From the IMG/VR virus record IMGVR_UViG_3300045988_143938: a stretch of 64,000 nt of DNA; one strand, 5' to 3'. Position numbers and translations under genes: made by a program. This document shows positions 54,168 to 61,571 of the stretch, piece after piece; the stretch's first letter is position 1; each line of letters opens with the position of its first letter. Source of the DNA: a virus. Under the pieces are notes generated by a model. The model did no database searches and was not told the origin of the DNA. It worked only from the letters and a program-made list of their open reading frames with translations.

Positions 54168-54374
54168 ATGAAAGTAACGAGAGAAGAAATTTTAAAGATT
54201 AAGCCGGGAAGTTCACTTACAGTGTATATGCCCGATTATAGAGCTTGTGATTCAGTAAGAGCCACCGCGTATAGAACCGCATTAGCAGACCCGAGACCGG
54301 ACGTAGAGAGATATAGGGTATCTATTGATACTAAAAAATGGAAAGTAACAATTACAGCAATAAAAAGATCATGA
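54168..54374 (+). CDS. hypothetical protein (68 aa)
   Basis: Clean ORF with an ATGA overlap with the excisionase-like gene. Confidence 0.55.
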   Translation: MKVTREEILKIKPGSSLTVYMPDYRACDSVRATAYRTALADPRPDVERYRVSIDTKKWKVTITAIKRS

Positions 54375-54619
54375 ACCGCACAGAAGCAAGAATAGTAGCA
54401 GAAGAACTGTATAAGCTTATGCGCAAAGACGTGAAAAGGCTTGTGGAGGAGACAATAATTGAATGTTCCGATGAATGGATTGGAGTAGGAGAGGCTGCAA
54501 ATATTCTTGGATGCTCTGTTGGTACCTTGTATAACAATATAGACAGTATCCCACATACTAAAAACGGGAGATTGCTCCGATTTAGAAAAGCGTCATTGAT
54601 TAAATATTTAGAAAGATGA
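54371..54619 (+). CDS. xis: excisionase-family HTH protein
   Basis: WIGVGEAANILGCSVGTLYNNIDSIPHTKNGRLLRFRKASLIKYL is the HTH_17/excisionase pattern. Located near int. Confidence 0.7.
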   Translation: MNRTEARIVAEELYKLMRKDVKRLVEETIIECSDEWIGVGEAANILGCSVGTLYNNIDSIPHTKNGRLLRFRKASLIKYLER

Positions 54620-54852
54620 GAAGCTTCAATTTGAATAAAATCACAAGTCTTGGACTGCGAATAGCATTGATTATGGTTGTTATGGCAGGATGTGTATATG
54701 GTGGCCGCGTAGAGTATAATGATGATGTATTATCCGGTATAAGCTCTGAAAAATACGACTTTATCAGCAGCAGGATAAGCGATAATTCAAGATCGGCAGT
54801 CGTAAATGAATACATGAAAAACAAACGGTACTACGACAGTATTGAATTTTAA
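54616..54852 (+). CDS. small lipoprotein candidate (78 aa)
   Basis: LRIALIMVVMAGC is a lipobox-like signal. Confidence 0.5.
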   Translation: MRSFNLNKITSLGLRIALIMVVMAGCVYGGRVEYNDDVLSGISSEKYDFISSRISDNSRSAVVNEYMKNKRYYDSIEF

Positions 54853-54878
54853 AAACCGCGTTGTGTGAATAACGCTCC

Positions 54879-54991
54879 TTCCTCTTAGCTCAACGGTTAG
54901 AGCATCGCTAAGGTTATTTGTTCGTAAGGGTTTAGCGTTTCCGGTCTGTTCCGGTTAGCGATTGTTGCACGTTCGATTCGTGCAGAGGAAG
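54879..54991 (+). ncRNA. tRNA-like element with expanded anticodon arm
   Basis: Acceptor stem: TTCCTCT 54879-85 / AGAGGAA 54984-90. D arm: GCTC-AACGGTTA-GAGC. T arm: GCACG-TTCGATT-CGTGC. 5-nt variable loop. In place of a 17-nt anticodon stem-loop there is an 8-bp helix, ATCGCTAA 54904-11 / TTAGCGAT 54955-62, enclosing 43 nt. Confidence 0.5.
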
Positions 54992-54999
54992 CAAGATAC

Positions 55000-55372
55000 A
55001 CCGTTCTTTGACGTATTGAATGTGAAACAAAGTTTGAATATCTGATATTCGGATTTGTTTCAATATAACTAAGGATTACGTATAGCGGAAACGCCGAAAC
55101 TACGTATAGGCTTGGTTATCGTGATTGTTTCTCGCACCGAAATGTCCTACGGTAGAGAAGTATGCGGTTTGGGCGCCCGTATCGCGAGAAACAACAGGTC
55201 ATAAAGACAATATAAGCGTCCGATACAGTCTTAAATCGGTATAAAGTATGCGGTGGTAATGAAAGGCGGCCGTACACGCTTATTATATATATTCTCGTGG
55301 CTCACCATAAGGCGAGTGGTAAGGCTTAACATCGGAACGCTCACGAGAACAATTACTAATCACTAATTTAAA
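55000..55372 (+). ncRNA. ORF-free, hairpin-dense region (candidate structured RNA)
   Basis: No ORF of 60 aa or more in any frame. Nested stems read by eye, with approximate positions: TGAAACAAA/TTTGTTTCA with inner GAATATC/GATATTC (about 55021-63); TTGTTTCTCGC/GCGAGAAACAA (11 bp, about 55125-95); AAGCGT/ACGCTT; TTCTCGTG/CACGAGAA (about 55292-350). Confidence 0.4.
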
Positions 55373-55384
55373 ATCAAAATTATT

Positions 55385-55777
55385 ATGAAGAATTATTTTA
55401 TAGCAGCTATTATCGGGGTTGTTGTGTTAGTGGGAATTTTTGCAGTTATTCCTTATTATAATGTATGGCAACAAGAAATGTCCGGTAAGGCGGAATTTGC
55501 AAAAGCAGAGCAGAACCGCAAGATAAAAATTGAAGAAGCGAAAGCTAATCTTGAGGCTGAAAAATTAAACGCTCAAGCAGAAATAGAGCGAGCCAAAGGA
55601 GCCGCGGAAGCAATAAAGATAGAGAACGGAAGCATTACTCCTGCTTATATTCAATATCTATGGGTAAGGCAGCAAAGTAACTTAAATGATAAAACTGTCA
55701 TCTATATTCCGACAGAAACTAATCTTCCAATTTTAGAAGCATCCAGACAATATGGAAAATCGACAAGTAGTATTTGA
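55385..55777 (+). CDS. N-terminally anchored coiled-coil membrane protein, SPFH-C-like (130 aa)
   Basis: TM segment IAAIIGVVVLVGIFAVI, then AEFAKAEQNRKIKIEEAKANLEAEKLNAQAEIERAKGAAEAIKIENGSITPAYIQYLW, which resembles the C-terminal repeats of band-7/prohibitin proteins. Recognised by eye only. Confidence 0.55.
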   Translation: MKNYFIAAIIGVVVLVGIFAVIPYYNVWQQEMSGKAEFAKAEQNRKIKIEEAKANLEAEKLNAQAEIERAKGAAEAIKIENGSITPAYIQYLWVRQQSNLNDKTVIYIPTETNLPILEASRQYGKSTSSI

Positions 55778-56141
55778 CGGAAAGGACATTACTTTTTGTG
55801 CCGATAACGTTCCTGTTGTAAACGGAAATCCGCCGGAAGAGATAGTAATTAGTGGAGATTATACTATTGACGCGTTTTCTTTGGTTGAACTGGTTGCTGC
55901 TATTAATAAAAATGCATGCGGCATGGTAGTATCAACTCCTATTGTTTTTCATTGTGAGGCATATGGAACATCCTGTATTCGAATATTTTCAAGAGAAAAA
56001 CTACCGGAAGAGATTGAAGATGCGCTTAATGTACCGAAAAGGATGTTGAACGCTTTAGAAAAAGACGTACAACAATTAAAAGAAAAAATAGAAGCACATA
56101 ATAACCTTGTGTGGTATAAGCGCATAAGAAAGATAGTATAG
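55752..56141 (+). CDS. hypothetical protein (129 aa)
   Basis: Overlaps the upstream gene by 26 nt. Confidence 0.55.
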   Translation: MENRQVVFDGKDITFCADNVPVVNGNPPEEIVISGDYTIDAFSLVELVAAINKNACGMVVSTPIVFHCEAYGTSCIRIFSREKLPEEIEDALNVPKRMLNALEKDVQQLKEKIEAHNNLVWYKRIRKIV

Positions 56142-56185
56142 GATATCTTATCAGTAGATAATATATAACTAAATCAAAATCGAAC

Positions 56186-56407
56186 ATGAAATACTGCAAA
56201 AACCAATACGGAATACCAATAAAAAAGTGGTGCGTCACATGCCAGTTTTATGATAGCTGCAAACAAAAAGCTAATAATATGGGCTTGAAAGATAACTGTT
56301 GGGTTATGAAAGATGCTTATCAGAAAGCCGGGAAAGGTGACGGAAGATTACGTAAGCTGGTGATTGAAGATACTTTAGCAGGGAAAACTTTTAAATTCTC
56401 TGATTAA
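56186..56407 (+). CDS. hypothetical Cys-containing protein (73 aa)
   Basis: Clean ORF. Confidence 0.5.
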   Translation: MKYCKNQYGIPIKKWCVTCQFYDSCKQKANNMGLKDNCWVMKDAYQKAGKGDGRLRKLVIEDTLAGKTFKFSD

Positions 56408-56480
56408 ATATTTGTTTAGGTTGCCGGGCGGTCTGAGAAGATAGTCCGGTTTTTAGTTGGAAATCATCAATAACAATTAT

Positions 56481-57497
56481 ATGAAAACATTTGAAGAATT
56501 AAAAGAAGAACTATTGAACCGGGCAAAAAACGCAAATGCCTGCCAAAACGGTTACAAAATGGGACTTGATGCTAAAAATAAGGCTGATCTATTAAAAGCC
56601 ATCACCGCTAACTGGTTTTGGGTATTAATAGATGCAAGGATAGTTGATGCAATATATCTCGAAGAAAATTTTACTGAGGAAGAACTTTCGGAAGCTGGTA
56701 TCTATACACGAAAATGCCATGAGGTAAGAGCTGTGTCTTTTGCCTGCGGCAGTGCAACGGTGAAAGCCTGCGGCAGTGCAACGGTGAAAGCCTGCGACAG
56801 TGCAACGGTGAGAGCCTGCGGCAGTGCAACGGTGGAAGCCTGCGACAGTGCAACGGTGAGAGCCTGCGGCAGTGCAACGGTGGAAGCCTACGACAGTGCA
56901 ACGGTGAGAGCCTACGGCAGTGCAACGGTGGAAGCCTACGGCAGTGCAACGGTGAGAGCCTACGGCAGTGCAACGGTGGAAGCCTACGGCAGTGCAACGG
57001 TGGAAGCCTACGACAGTGCAACGGTGAGAGCCTACGGCAGTGCAACGGTGGAAGCCTACGGCAGTGCAACGGTGGAAGCCTACGGCAGTGCAACGGTGAA
57101 AGCCTGCGACAGTGCAACGGTGAGAGCCTGCGGCAGTGCAACGGTGGAAGCCTACGACAGTGCAACGGTGGAAGCCTACGGCAGTGCAACGGTGGAAGCC
57201 TACGGCAGTGCAACGGTGAAAGCCTGCGACAGTGCAACGGTGAGAGCCTACGGCAGTGCAACGGTGGAAGCCTACGACAGTGCAACGGTGAGAGCCTACG
57301 GCAGTGCAACGGTGAAAGCCTGCGACAGTGCAACGGTGAGAGCCTACGGCAGTGCAACGGTGAGAGCCTGCGACGAATCCTATGTAGAAGACTGTACGGG
57401 TAATATTAGACCGAGATATGATTACGCAATAGTCAAAGATTACCATAACCATAAGATATATATCAGAAAAGGAAAATTTGAGATAATAGAGGTTTGA
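56481..57497 (+). CDS. tandem octapeptide-repeat protein (338 aa)
   Basis: A roughly 90-aa N-terminal domain, 26 exact-length [GD]SATV[KRE]A[CY] units, one degenerate unit (DESYVEDC), and a roughly 40-aa tail. ATG at 56481 (the track start 56457 is a TTG). Confidence 0.75.
   Translation: MKTFEELKEELLNRAKNANACQNGYKMGLDAKNKADLLKAITANWFWVLIDARIVDAIYLEENFTEEELSEAGIYTRKCHEVRAVSFACGSATVKACGSATVKACDSATVRACGSATVEACDSATVRACGSATVEAYDSATVRAYGSATVEAYGSATVRAYGSATVEAYGSATVEAYDSATVRAYGSATVEAYGSATVEAYGSATVKACDSATVRACGSATVEAYDSATVEAYGSATVEAYGSATVKACDSATVRAYGSATVEAYDSATVRAYGSATVKACDSATVRAYGSATVRACDESYVEDCTGNIRPRYDYAIVKDYHNHKIYIRKGKFEIIEV
56748..57371 (+). repeat. 26 x 24-bp perfect-phase tandem repeat (coding)
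   Basis: The unit is GRCAGTGCAACGGTGRRAGCCTRC. All copies are identical except for four purine (A/G) positions. Confidence 0.95.
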
Positions 57498-57608
57498 CCT
57501 ATTTCAACCGCAATAAGGTAGTGCTATTACTGTACTAAAAGCCGCGAGATAAACGAAGTGCGCACCGTTTTGATTTAACCTTGTACAGGCGGTTCAAAAG
57601 AAGAAATA

Positions 57609-57845
57609 ATGGAAAATGAGCTTGAAGAATTATATAAGGAACTGAACAAAGTTAAGTCCTCCCCATTAGCGTATCTTCCTGAATACGGATATTCTTCAAA
57701 GGAGGAAATTATTCAGCTTATAGAGGAAGATATAGAGGAATTGCGCACAGAAATAGAACGCAGTCAATACGATTACACACCTGATGAGCTTGAAGAAGAA
57801 AGAATGAGCCTTTGTGTTAGTCAGGGGTTATCAAGATATTGTTAA
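57609..57845 (+). CDS. hypothetical acidic protein (78 aa)
   Basis: Clean ORF. Confidence 0.5.
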   Translation: MENELEELYKELNKVKSSPLAYLPEYGYSSKEEIIQLIEEDIEELRTEIERSQYDYTPDELEEERMSLCVSQGLSRYC

Positions 57846-57864
57846 ACTAATAAATATAGAAATA

Positions 57865-58719
57865 ATGGGTTTAGAAAATTATGAAGTGCTTCCAGTAGAA
57901 GCACAAGATGTTCAAATCGTACAGGTAGATGCAGTTGAACGCGCAAACGTAGATAGTCAAGTTGCAACAGCAAAACAATATCCAAGAAGTATCAAAAGGT
58001 GCGTTGACAATTCTATTGCTATGGCAACAATGGACGCAGAAACGGCTCAAAGTTGCGGGTATGCGTTGCCTCGCGGTGGAAAGCCTATTACCGGGCCGTC
58101 CGTTCACCTTGCAAAGATTATTGTTTCCAATTGGGGAAATATGAGAACAGAAGCTAAGGTAGTTCAAATCACCGACAAGCAAATAATCAGTAGAGGCACC
58201 TGCTGGGATTTGGAAGCTAACGTAGCCTCTGCCTTTGAGGTGAGAAGAAGCATTGTAGGTAAAAACGGAAATAGATTCAGCGATGATATGATTACCGTTA
58301 CCGGAAATGCAGCAAATAGCATTGCATACAGAAATGCGGTGTTTGCCGTTGTTCCTAAAGCGGTGGTTGAAAAGGTATATAAAGCCGCACAAAAATTTAT
58401 CACCGGCGATCTATCCGATGAAGAAAAAATAATAAAAAGAAGAAAAGGTGCAATAGACTTCTTGTTTGATGAATACGGTATTACAGAGGAGGAAACAATT
58501 AAGTTGTGCGGCAAACAAACAATCAATCAGATTAAAGCGAATGAAATAGCGCTGCTTCTTGGAATTGTTCAGTCTCTGAAAGACGGAGATACTACCGTTG
58601 ATGAACTTATGAAGCCAATCAGAGGAAGCAAGGAAGCAAAAAAAGAGGCTATGAGAAAGGCAATGGAACCGGTAGTTGATAAAACAACAGGTGAAATCTT
58701 TAACCAGCCAGCGCAATGA
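57865..58719 (+). CDS. putative single-strand annealing recombinase (SSAP)
   Basis: Immediately upstream of, and overlapping, a YqaJ-type exonuclease gene, which is the classic SSAP-exonuclease pairing. The family (RecT, Redbeta or other) was not resolved by eye. Confidence 0.5.
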   Translation: MGLENYEVLPVEAQDVQIVQVDAVERANVDSQVATAKQYPRSIKRCVDNSIAMATMDAETAQSCGYALPRGGKPITGPSVHLAKIIVSNWGNMRTEAKVVQITDKQIISRGTCWDLEANVASAFEVRRSIVGKNGNRFSDDMITVTGNAANSIAYRNAVFAVVPKAVVEKVYKAAQKFITGDLSDEEKIIKRRKGAIDFLFDEYGITEEETIKLCGKQTINQIKANEIALLLGIVQSLKDGDTTVDELMKPIRGSKEAKKEAMRKAMEPVVDKTTGEIFNQPAQ

Positions 58720-59384
58720 TAGAACAAAATTCAAGTGAATGGTTGAAGTCTCGAATTGGTTTTTTTACGGGAAGTCGCATTGGAGACCTTATGACAAGCG
58801 GGAAAAAAGGGGAACTGTTTGGAAAGACAGCCCTTTCCTATATATATGAAGTGTGCGCAGAGAGAAATCTACTCCCTAAGTATATTGAAGACGATTACTA
58901 CTTCGAGATATACCAGCAGCAAGTAAGCTTCAGTAATAAATATACTGATTGGGGACATGAGGTCGAGGACTTTGCAGCAGAACGTTACCAACTTGTCACA
59001 GGTTGCGAACTTGAAGAGTGTGAAAGCATACAGCATCCTACAATACCTTACTTTTCCGCTTCTCCTGACCGGATAGCAATTAAGGATGTCTTAAGAAGGG
59101 TGGTAGAGATAAAATGCCCAACTCCTAAAAAGTTCATGGAGTATATGAATGAGGTTAAGGATAACGATACGCTTAAATCAGTAAATCCTCTATACTTCTA
59201 CCAAACACAAGCGGAGATGTCCTGTACGGCTTTGGACAAAGCCGATTTTGTCGTTTTCTGCCCGTTCTTGAAACATAACATTCACATTGTAGAGATAACG
59301 AGGGATGAAGCTGTAATATCCGAATTCGAGAAGCGGATAACTGCTGCAAATGAAATTATTAATCAAATACTTAACAAAAAATGA
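58716..59384 (+). CDS. YqaJ-like viral recombinase exonuclease (PD-(D/E)XK)
   Basis: QNSSEWLKSRIGFFTGSRIGDLM, SASPDRI and VVEIKCP match the YqaJ/lambda-exonuclease motifs. Confidence 0.8.
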   Translation: MIEQNSSEWLKSRIGFFTGSRIGDLMTSGKKGELFGKTALSYIYEVCAERNLLPKYIEDDYYFEIYQQQVSFSNKYTDWGHEVEDFAAERYQLVTGCELEECESIQHPTIPYFSASPDRIAIKDVLRRVVEIKCPTPKKFMEYMNEVKDNDTLKSVNPLYFYQTQAEMSCTALDKADFVVFCPFLKHNIHIVEITRDEAVISEFEKRITAANEIINQILNKK

Positions 59385-59761
59385 ATTTAACCGGAAGCAT
59401 AGATTTGCTAAAGCTTGAAAAGACAGGCATAGCAACAATTAAAAACAAAAAGTGTGTTATTATTCCCATTGAGGAAAATGACTTGTATGTAAGCATGGAC
59501 GAAAATCTGAAAGCGAAGTCCGTATATCTTGGCCTTAATGTTAATGAACGAAGAGAACCGAGCCAGTTTGGGAAGACGCATTATTGCAAGCAGTCTTTAT
59601 CAAGGCAATACAGGGACGCGAACAAGACGGAGGCAGAGGCCAAATCAAAGGTTTATCTTGGAGACTTCAAGCCTTATGAGTTTGAGGGTTCAAGCAATGC
59701 GGCTGCTACGGTGGAAGCGCCTGTTGAGCAGGTTGGTGACGATTCAGATTTGCCGTTTTAG
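59381..59761 (+). CDS. putative ssDNA-binding protein with SSB-type acidic C-terminal tip
   Basis: Ends ...EQVGDDSDLPF (compare bacterial SSB ...DDDIPF). Lies in the recombination module. The body is not an obvious canonical OB-fold SSB. Confidence 0.45.
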   Translation: MNLTGSIDLLKLEKTGIATIKNKKCVIIPIEENDLYVSMDENLKAKSVYLGLNVNERREPSQFGKTHYCKQSLSRQYRDANKTEAEAKSKVYLGDFKPYEFEGSSNAAATVEAPVEQVGDDSDLPF

Positions 59762-59808
59762 TTTCTAAATATATGAAAACAAATAGCTATTTAAAAAGCG
59801 GTTAATAA

Positions 59809-59868
59809 ATAACAAATATGTTATAAAGCACTATTGAACTCCATTGCTTATTATAACAAATATGTTAT
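59809..59868. promoter_or_regulatory. two copies of the palindrome ATAACAAATATGTTAT (59809-24, 59853-68) upstream of hicA
   Basis: Exact 16-bp palindromes 44 bp apart. The second overlaps the -7 box TAtcTTTG at 59866-73. Confidence 0.65.
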
Positions 59869-59901
59869 CTTTGTGCCGTAAACAAATGGTCTTTGATTAT
59901 C

Positions 59902-60087
59902 ATGAAAGTATCAGAGTTCTTGAAAAAGGCTGCGAAGATAGGATGCCAGTTTGTTAGTCATGGGAAAGAACACGATGTTTGGTACAGTCCAAAAACTGGA
60001 AAGTATTTTCGTGTCGGCCGGCATGGCTCTCAAGAGATAAAAGGCGGAACCCTTAACAGCATGATGAAAGATGCGGGTCTTAAGTGA
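59902..60087 (+). CDS. hicA: HicA-family toxin (61 aa)
   Basis: FLKKAAKIGCQFVSHGKEHDVWYSPKTGKYFRVGRHGSQEIKGGTLNSMMKDAGL matches the HicA pattern (G-x-H...H...I-x-x-G-T-L...AGL). Confidence 0.8.
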   Translation: MKVSEFLKKAAKIGCQFVSHGKEHDVWYSPKTGKYFRVGRHGSQEIKGGTLNSMMKDAGLK

Positions 60088-60133
60088 CCCGCACATTTGT
60101 TTGCCCTAAACAAATATTCATTCTATTGCAATT

Positions 60134-60538
60134 ATGAAAGTAACAGCGGTAATTGAAATGTGGGACGACAAGACAATCAGTGTATATGTCCCCGAATTTG
60201 ACGGTTTCAGCTTGAGCGGTCAAGGAAAAAGTGTAGATGAAGCAAAATGTGCGCTACATGAATGTGTCGAAGATTATGTTACCATGTTTAAAGAACAAGG
60301 CAAAGACGTTCCTAAATCATTGGTTGATATAAACTTTGAATACAAGTATGATATAGCGTCTTTTTTTGAGAATTTCAAGTTTATAAGCGTATCTACCTTT
60401 GCCAAGTATGCGGGTATTAATCCATCGCTAATGCGGCAATATAAACAAAGAATAGCTTTTGCTTCTGAAAGTCAAAAGAATAAGATCGAAAGTGCTATAC
60501 ATAAAGCTGGTAAAGAACTGGCAGCCGTAAGGCTTTGA
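60134..60538 (+). CDS. hicB: HicB-family antitoxin (134 aa)
   Basis: The N-terminal VIEMWDDKTISVYVPEFDGFSLSGQGKSVDEAKCALHECVEDYV is HicB-like. A DNA-binding-type C-terminal extension follows. Confidence 0.75.
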   Translation: MKVTAVIEMWDDKTISVYVPEFDGFSLSGQGKSVDEAKCALHECVEDYVTMFKEQGKDVPKSLVDINFEYKYDIASFFENFKFISVSTFAKYAGINPSLMRQYKQRIAFASESQKNKIESAIHKAGKELAAVRL

Positions 60539-60576
60539 TATATCATTTGTTTACATCTCCTCTTTTGAGGAACTAA

Positions 60577-60607
60577 GGCGGTGGAATTAATTTTCACCGC
60601 TTTTTTA
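60577..60607 (+). terminator. intrinsic terminator after hicB
   Basis: GGCGGTG 60577-83 pairs with CACCGC 60595-600, followed by T6. Confidence 0.7.
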
Positions 60608-60640
60608 TTGATTTTCCTTTGGCATTTTGATTTGAGTTAG

Positions 60641-60648
60641 TATCTTTG
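60641..60648 (+). promoter_or_regulatory. -7 box TAtcTTTG
   Basis: Exact TAnnTTTG match about 190 nt upstream of the ATG at 60839. Confidence 0.45.
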
Positions 60649-60838
60649 CGGTGAACACGCCAAGTTCATGTATTAGACATAATTTGTAGTAGCTATTTTT
60701 TGTGGCTGCGCATTGCGTTTATATTGCAAAGATATAGAGGCTATCACTCACATGGGTTACTACGATTATGTAATAACTTGGACTTGGCGGTTCGTGAGGC
60801 GATAGCCTTTCTTATTTTAATAACTCAAATTTCATAAC

Positions 60839-61459
60839 ATGCCAAGTCCAATGAAATTGAGCAGCAATCGAAGTATAGTAAATTGTGGACTCACGTCTGC
60901 ACACGACACGTGCACCCTTTCATTATCTTCTTCAACCGAAGAAATCAAACGTTATTTTAAAGCCATTTTGGAACTTTCAAAACTGGATGTTCCCTACCCA
61001 GTAAACCTTGATAGTTGCTGGATGCTGTGCTATTCTGCAAAAGAAAAAGCAGTGCGAGCTTTAAAGGAAAATTTTATAGAAAGTGTTGATTATCAATTTT
61101 TAGCCCAAAATGGCGAAAACTCAAAATGCGGCAGACCATCAATAGAATACCACCTCTCCGTCTCATGCTTAGAATACTTCATCGCCCGCAAGGTTCGCCC
61201 TGTCTTCGATGTGTACCGCGAAGTCTTTCACAAGGTGAACGAGATTGCCCCGAATATTGCCAAGTCAAGCGCAGCCGACAAGCGGAAAATAGCCCGTCTC
61301 GAAGCGGAAATCGAAAGGCTCGAAGAACAACTCAAATGGGCAAGGTGGAGCGAACGCAGGGAAATAGAACTAAAATGCTCATGCTTCCACTACCTTGTCA
61401 AGACGAAGCAGTACGACAAGTGGGATGAATACAGACGGACCGGAATAATAAAACCATAA
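60839..61459 (+). CDS. AntA-domain antirepressor-like protein (206 aa)
   Basis: YPVNLDSCWMLCYSAKEKAVRALKENFIESVDYQFLAQNGENSKCGRPSIEYHLSVSCLEYFIARK matches the AntA/AntB pattern. A coiled-coil C-terminus follows. Confidence 0.65.
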   Translation: MPSPMKLSSNRSIVNCGLTSAHDTCTLSLSSSTEEIKRYFKAILELSKLDVPYPVNLDSCWMLCYSAKEKAVRALKENFIESVDYQFLAQNGENSKCGRPSIEYHLSVSCLEYFIARKVRPVFDVYREVFHKVNEIAPNIAKSSAADKRKIARLEAEIERLEEQLKWARWSERREIELKCSCFHYLVKTKQYDKWDEYRRTGIIKP

Positions 61460-61463
61460 CGCC

Positions 61464-61547
61464 ATGATTGAAATACTTATCGTGCTTGGTAGCCTATATG
61501 CGGGCTACCTCACTTTCCGCAAAAAGGGAGAGAAACTTTTCTATTGA
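61464..61547 (+). CDS. mini TM protein (27 aa)
   Basis: MIEILIVLGSLYAGYLTFRKKGEKLFY has the same design (TM plus basic K-K-G tail) as the 28304-28621 trio. Confidence 0.3.
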   Translation: MIEILIVLGSLYAGYLTFRKKGEKLFY

Positions 61548-61571
61548 GTAAAATCTAAGAAATTAAATATT

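Noticed and set aside
54879-54991. Calling this a functional tRNA (for example tRNA-Thr from the GGT in the AAGGTTA loop)
   Set aside because: The seven nucleotides after the anticodon-stem position lack U33 and a 3' purine-37 context, and they are not closed by a complementary 3' strand. The only complementary strand lies 43 nt further on, so an isotype assignment would be invented.
56748-57371. Possible CRISPR array
   Set aside because: The units are contiguous 24-bp repeats with no spacers, lie in frame inside a CDS, and no cas genes are present.
56748-57371. Diversity-generating retroelement targeting (variation limited to A/G sites)
   Set aside because: No reverse transcriptase ORF or template-repeat/variable-repeat pair is visible in the window. 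DGR variation is adenine-to-any-base rather than A/G only, and the pattern fits tandem-repeat homogenisation better.
56625-57452. Two long minus-strand ORFs (275 aa and 228 aa) covering the repeat array
   Set aside because: They exist only because a 24-bp repeat without stops stays open in every frame. Their sequences are pure repeat translations (HRCTAVGS..., LHCRRLSP...) with no independent start context, whereas the plus-strand frame has proper N- and C-terminal non-repeat domains.
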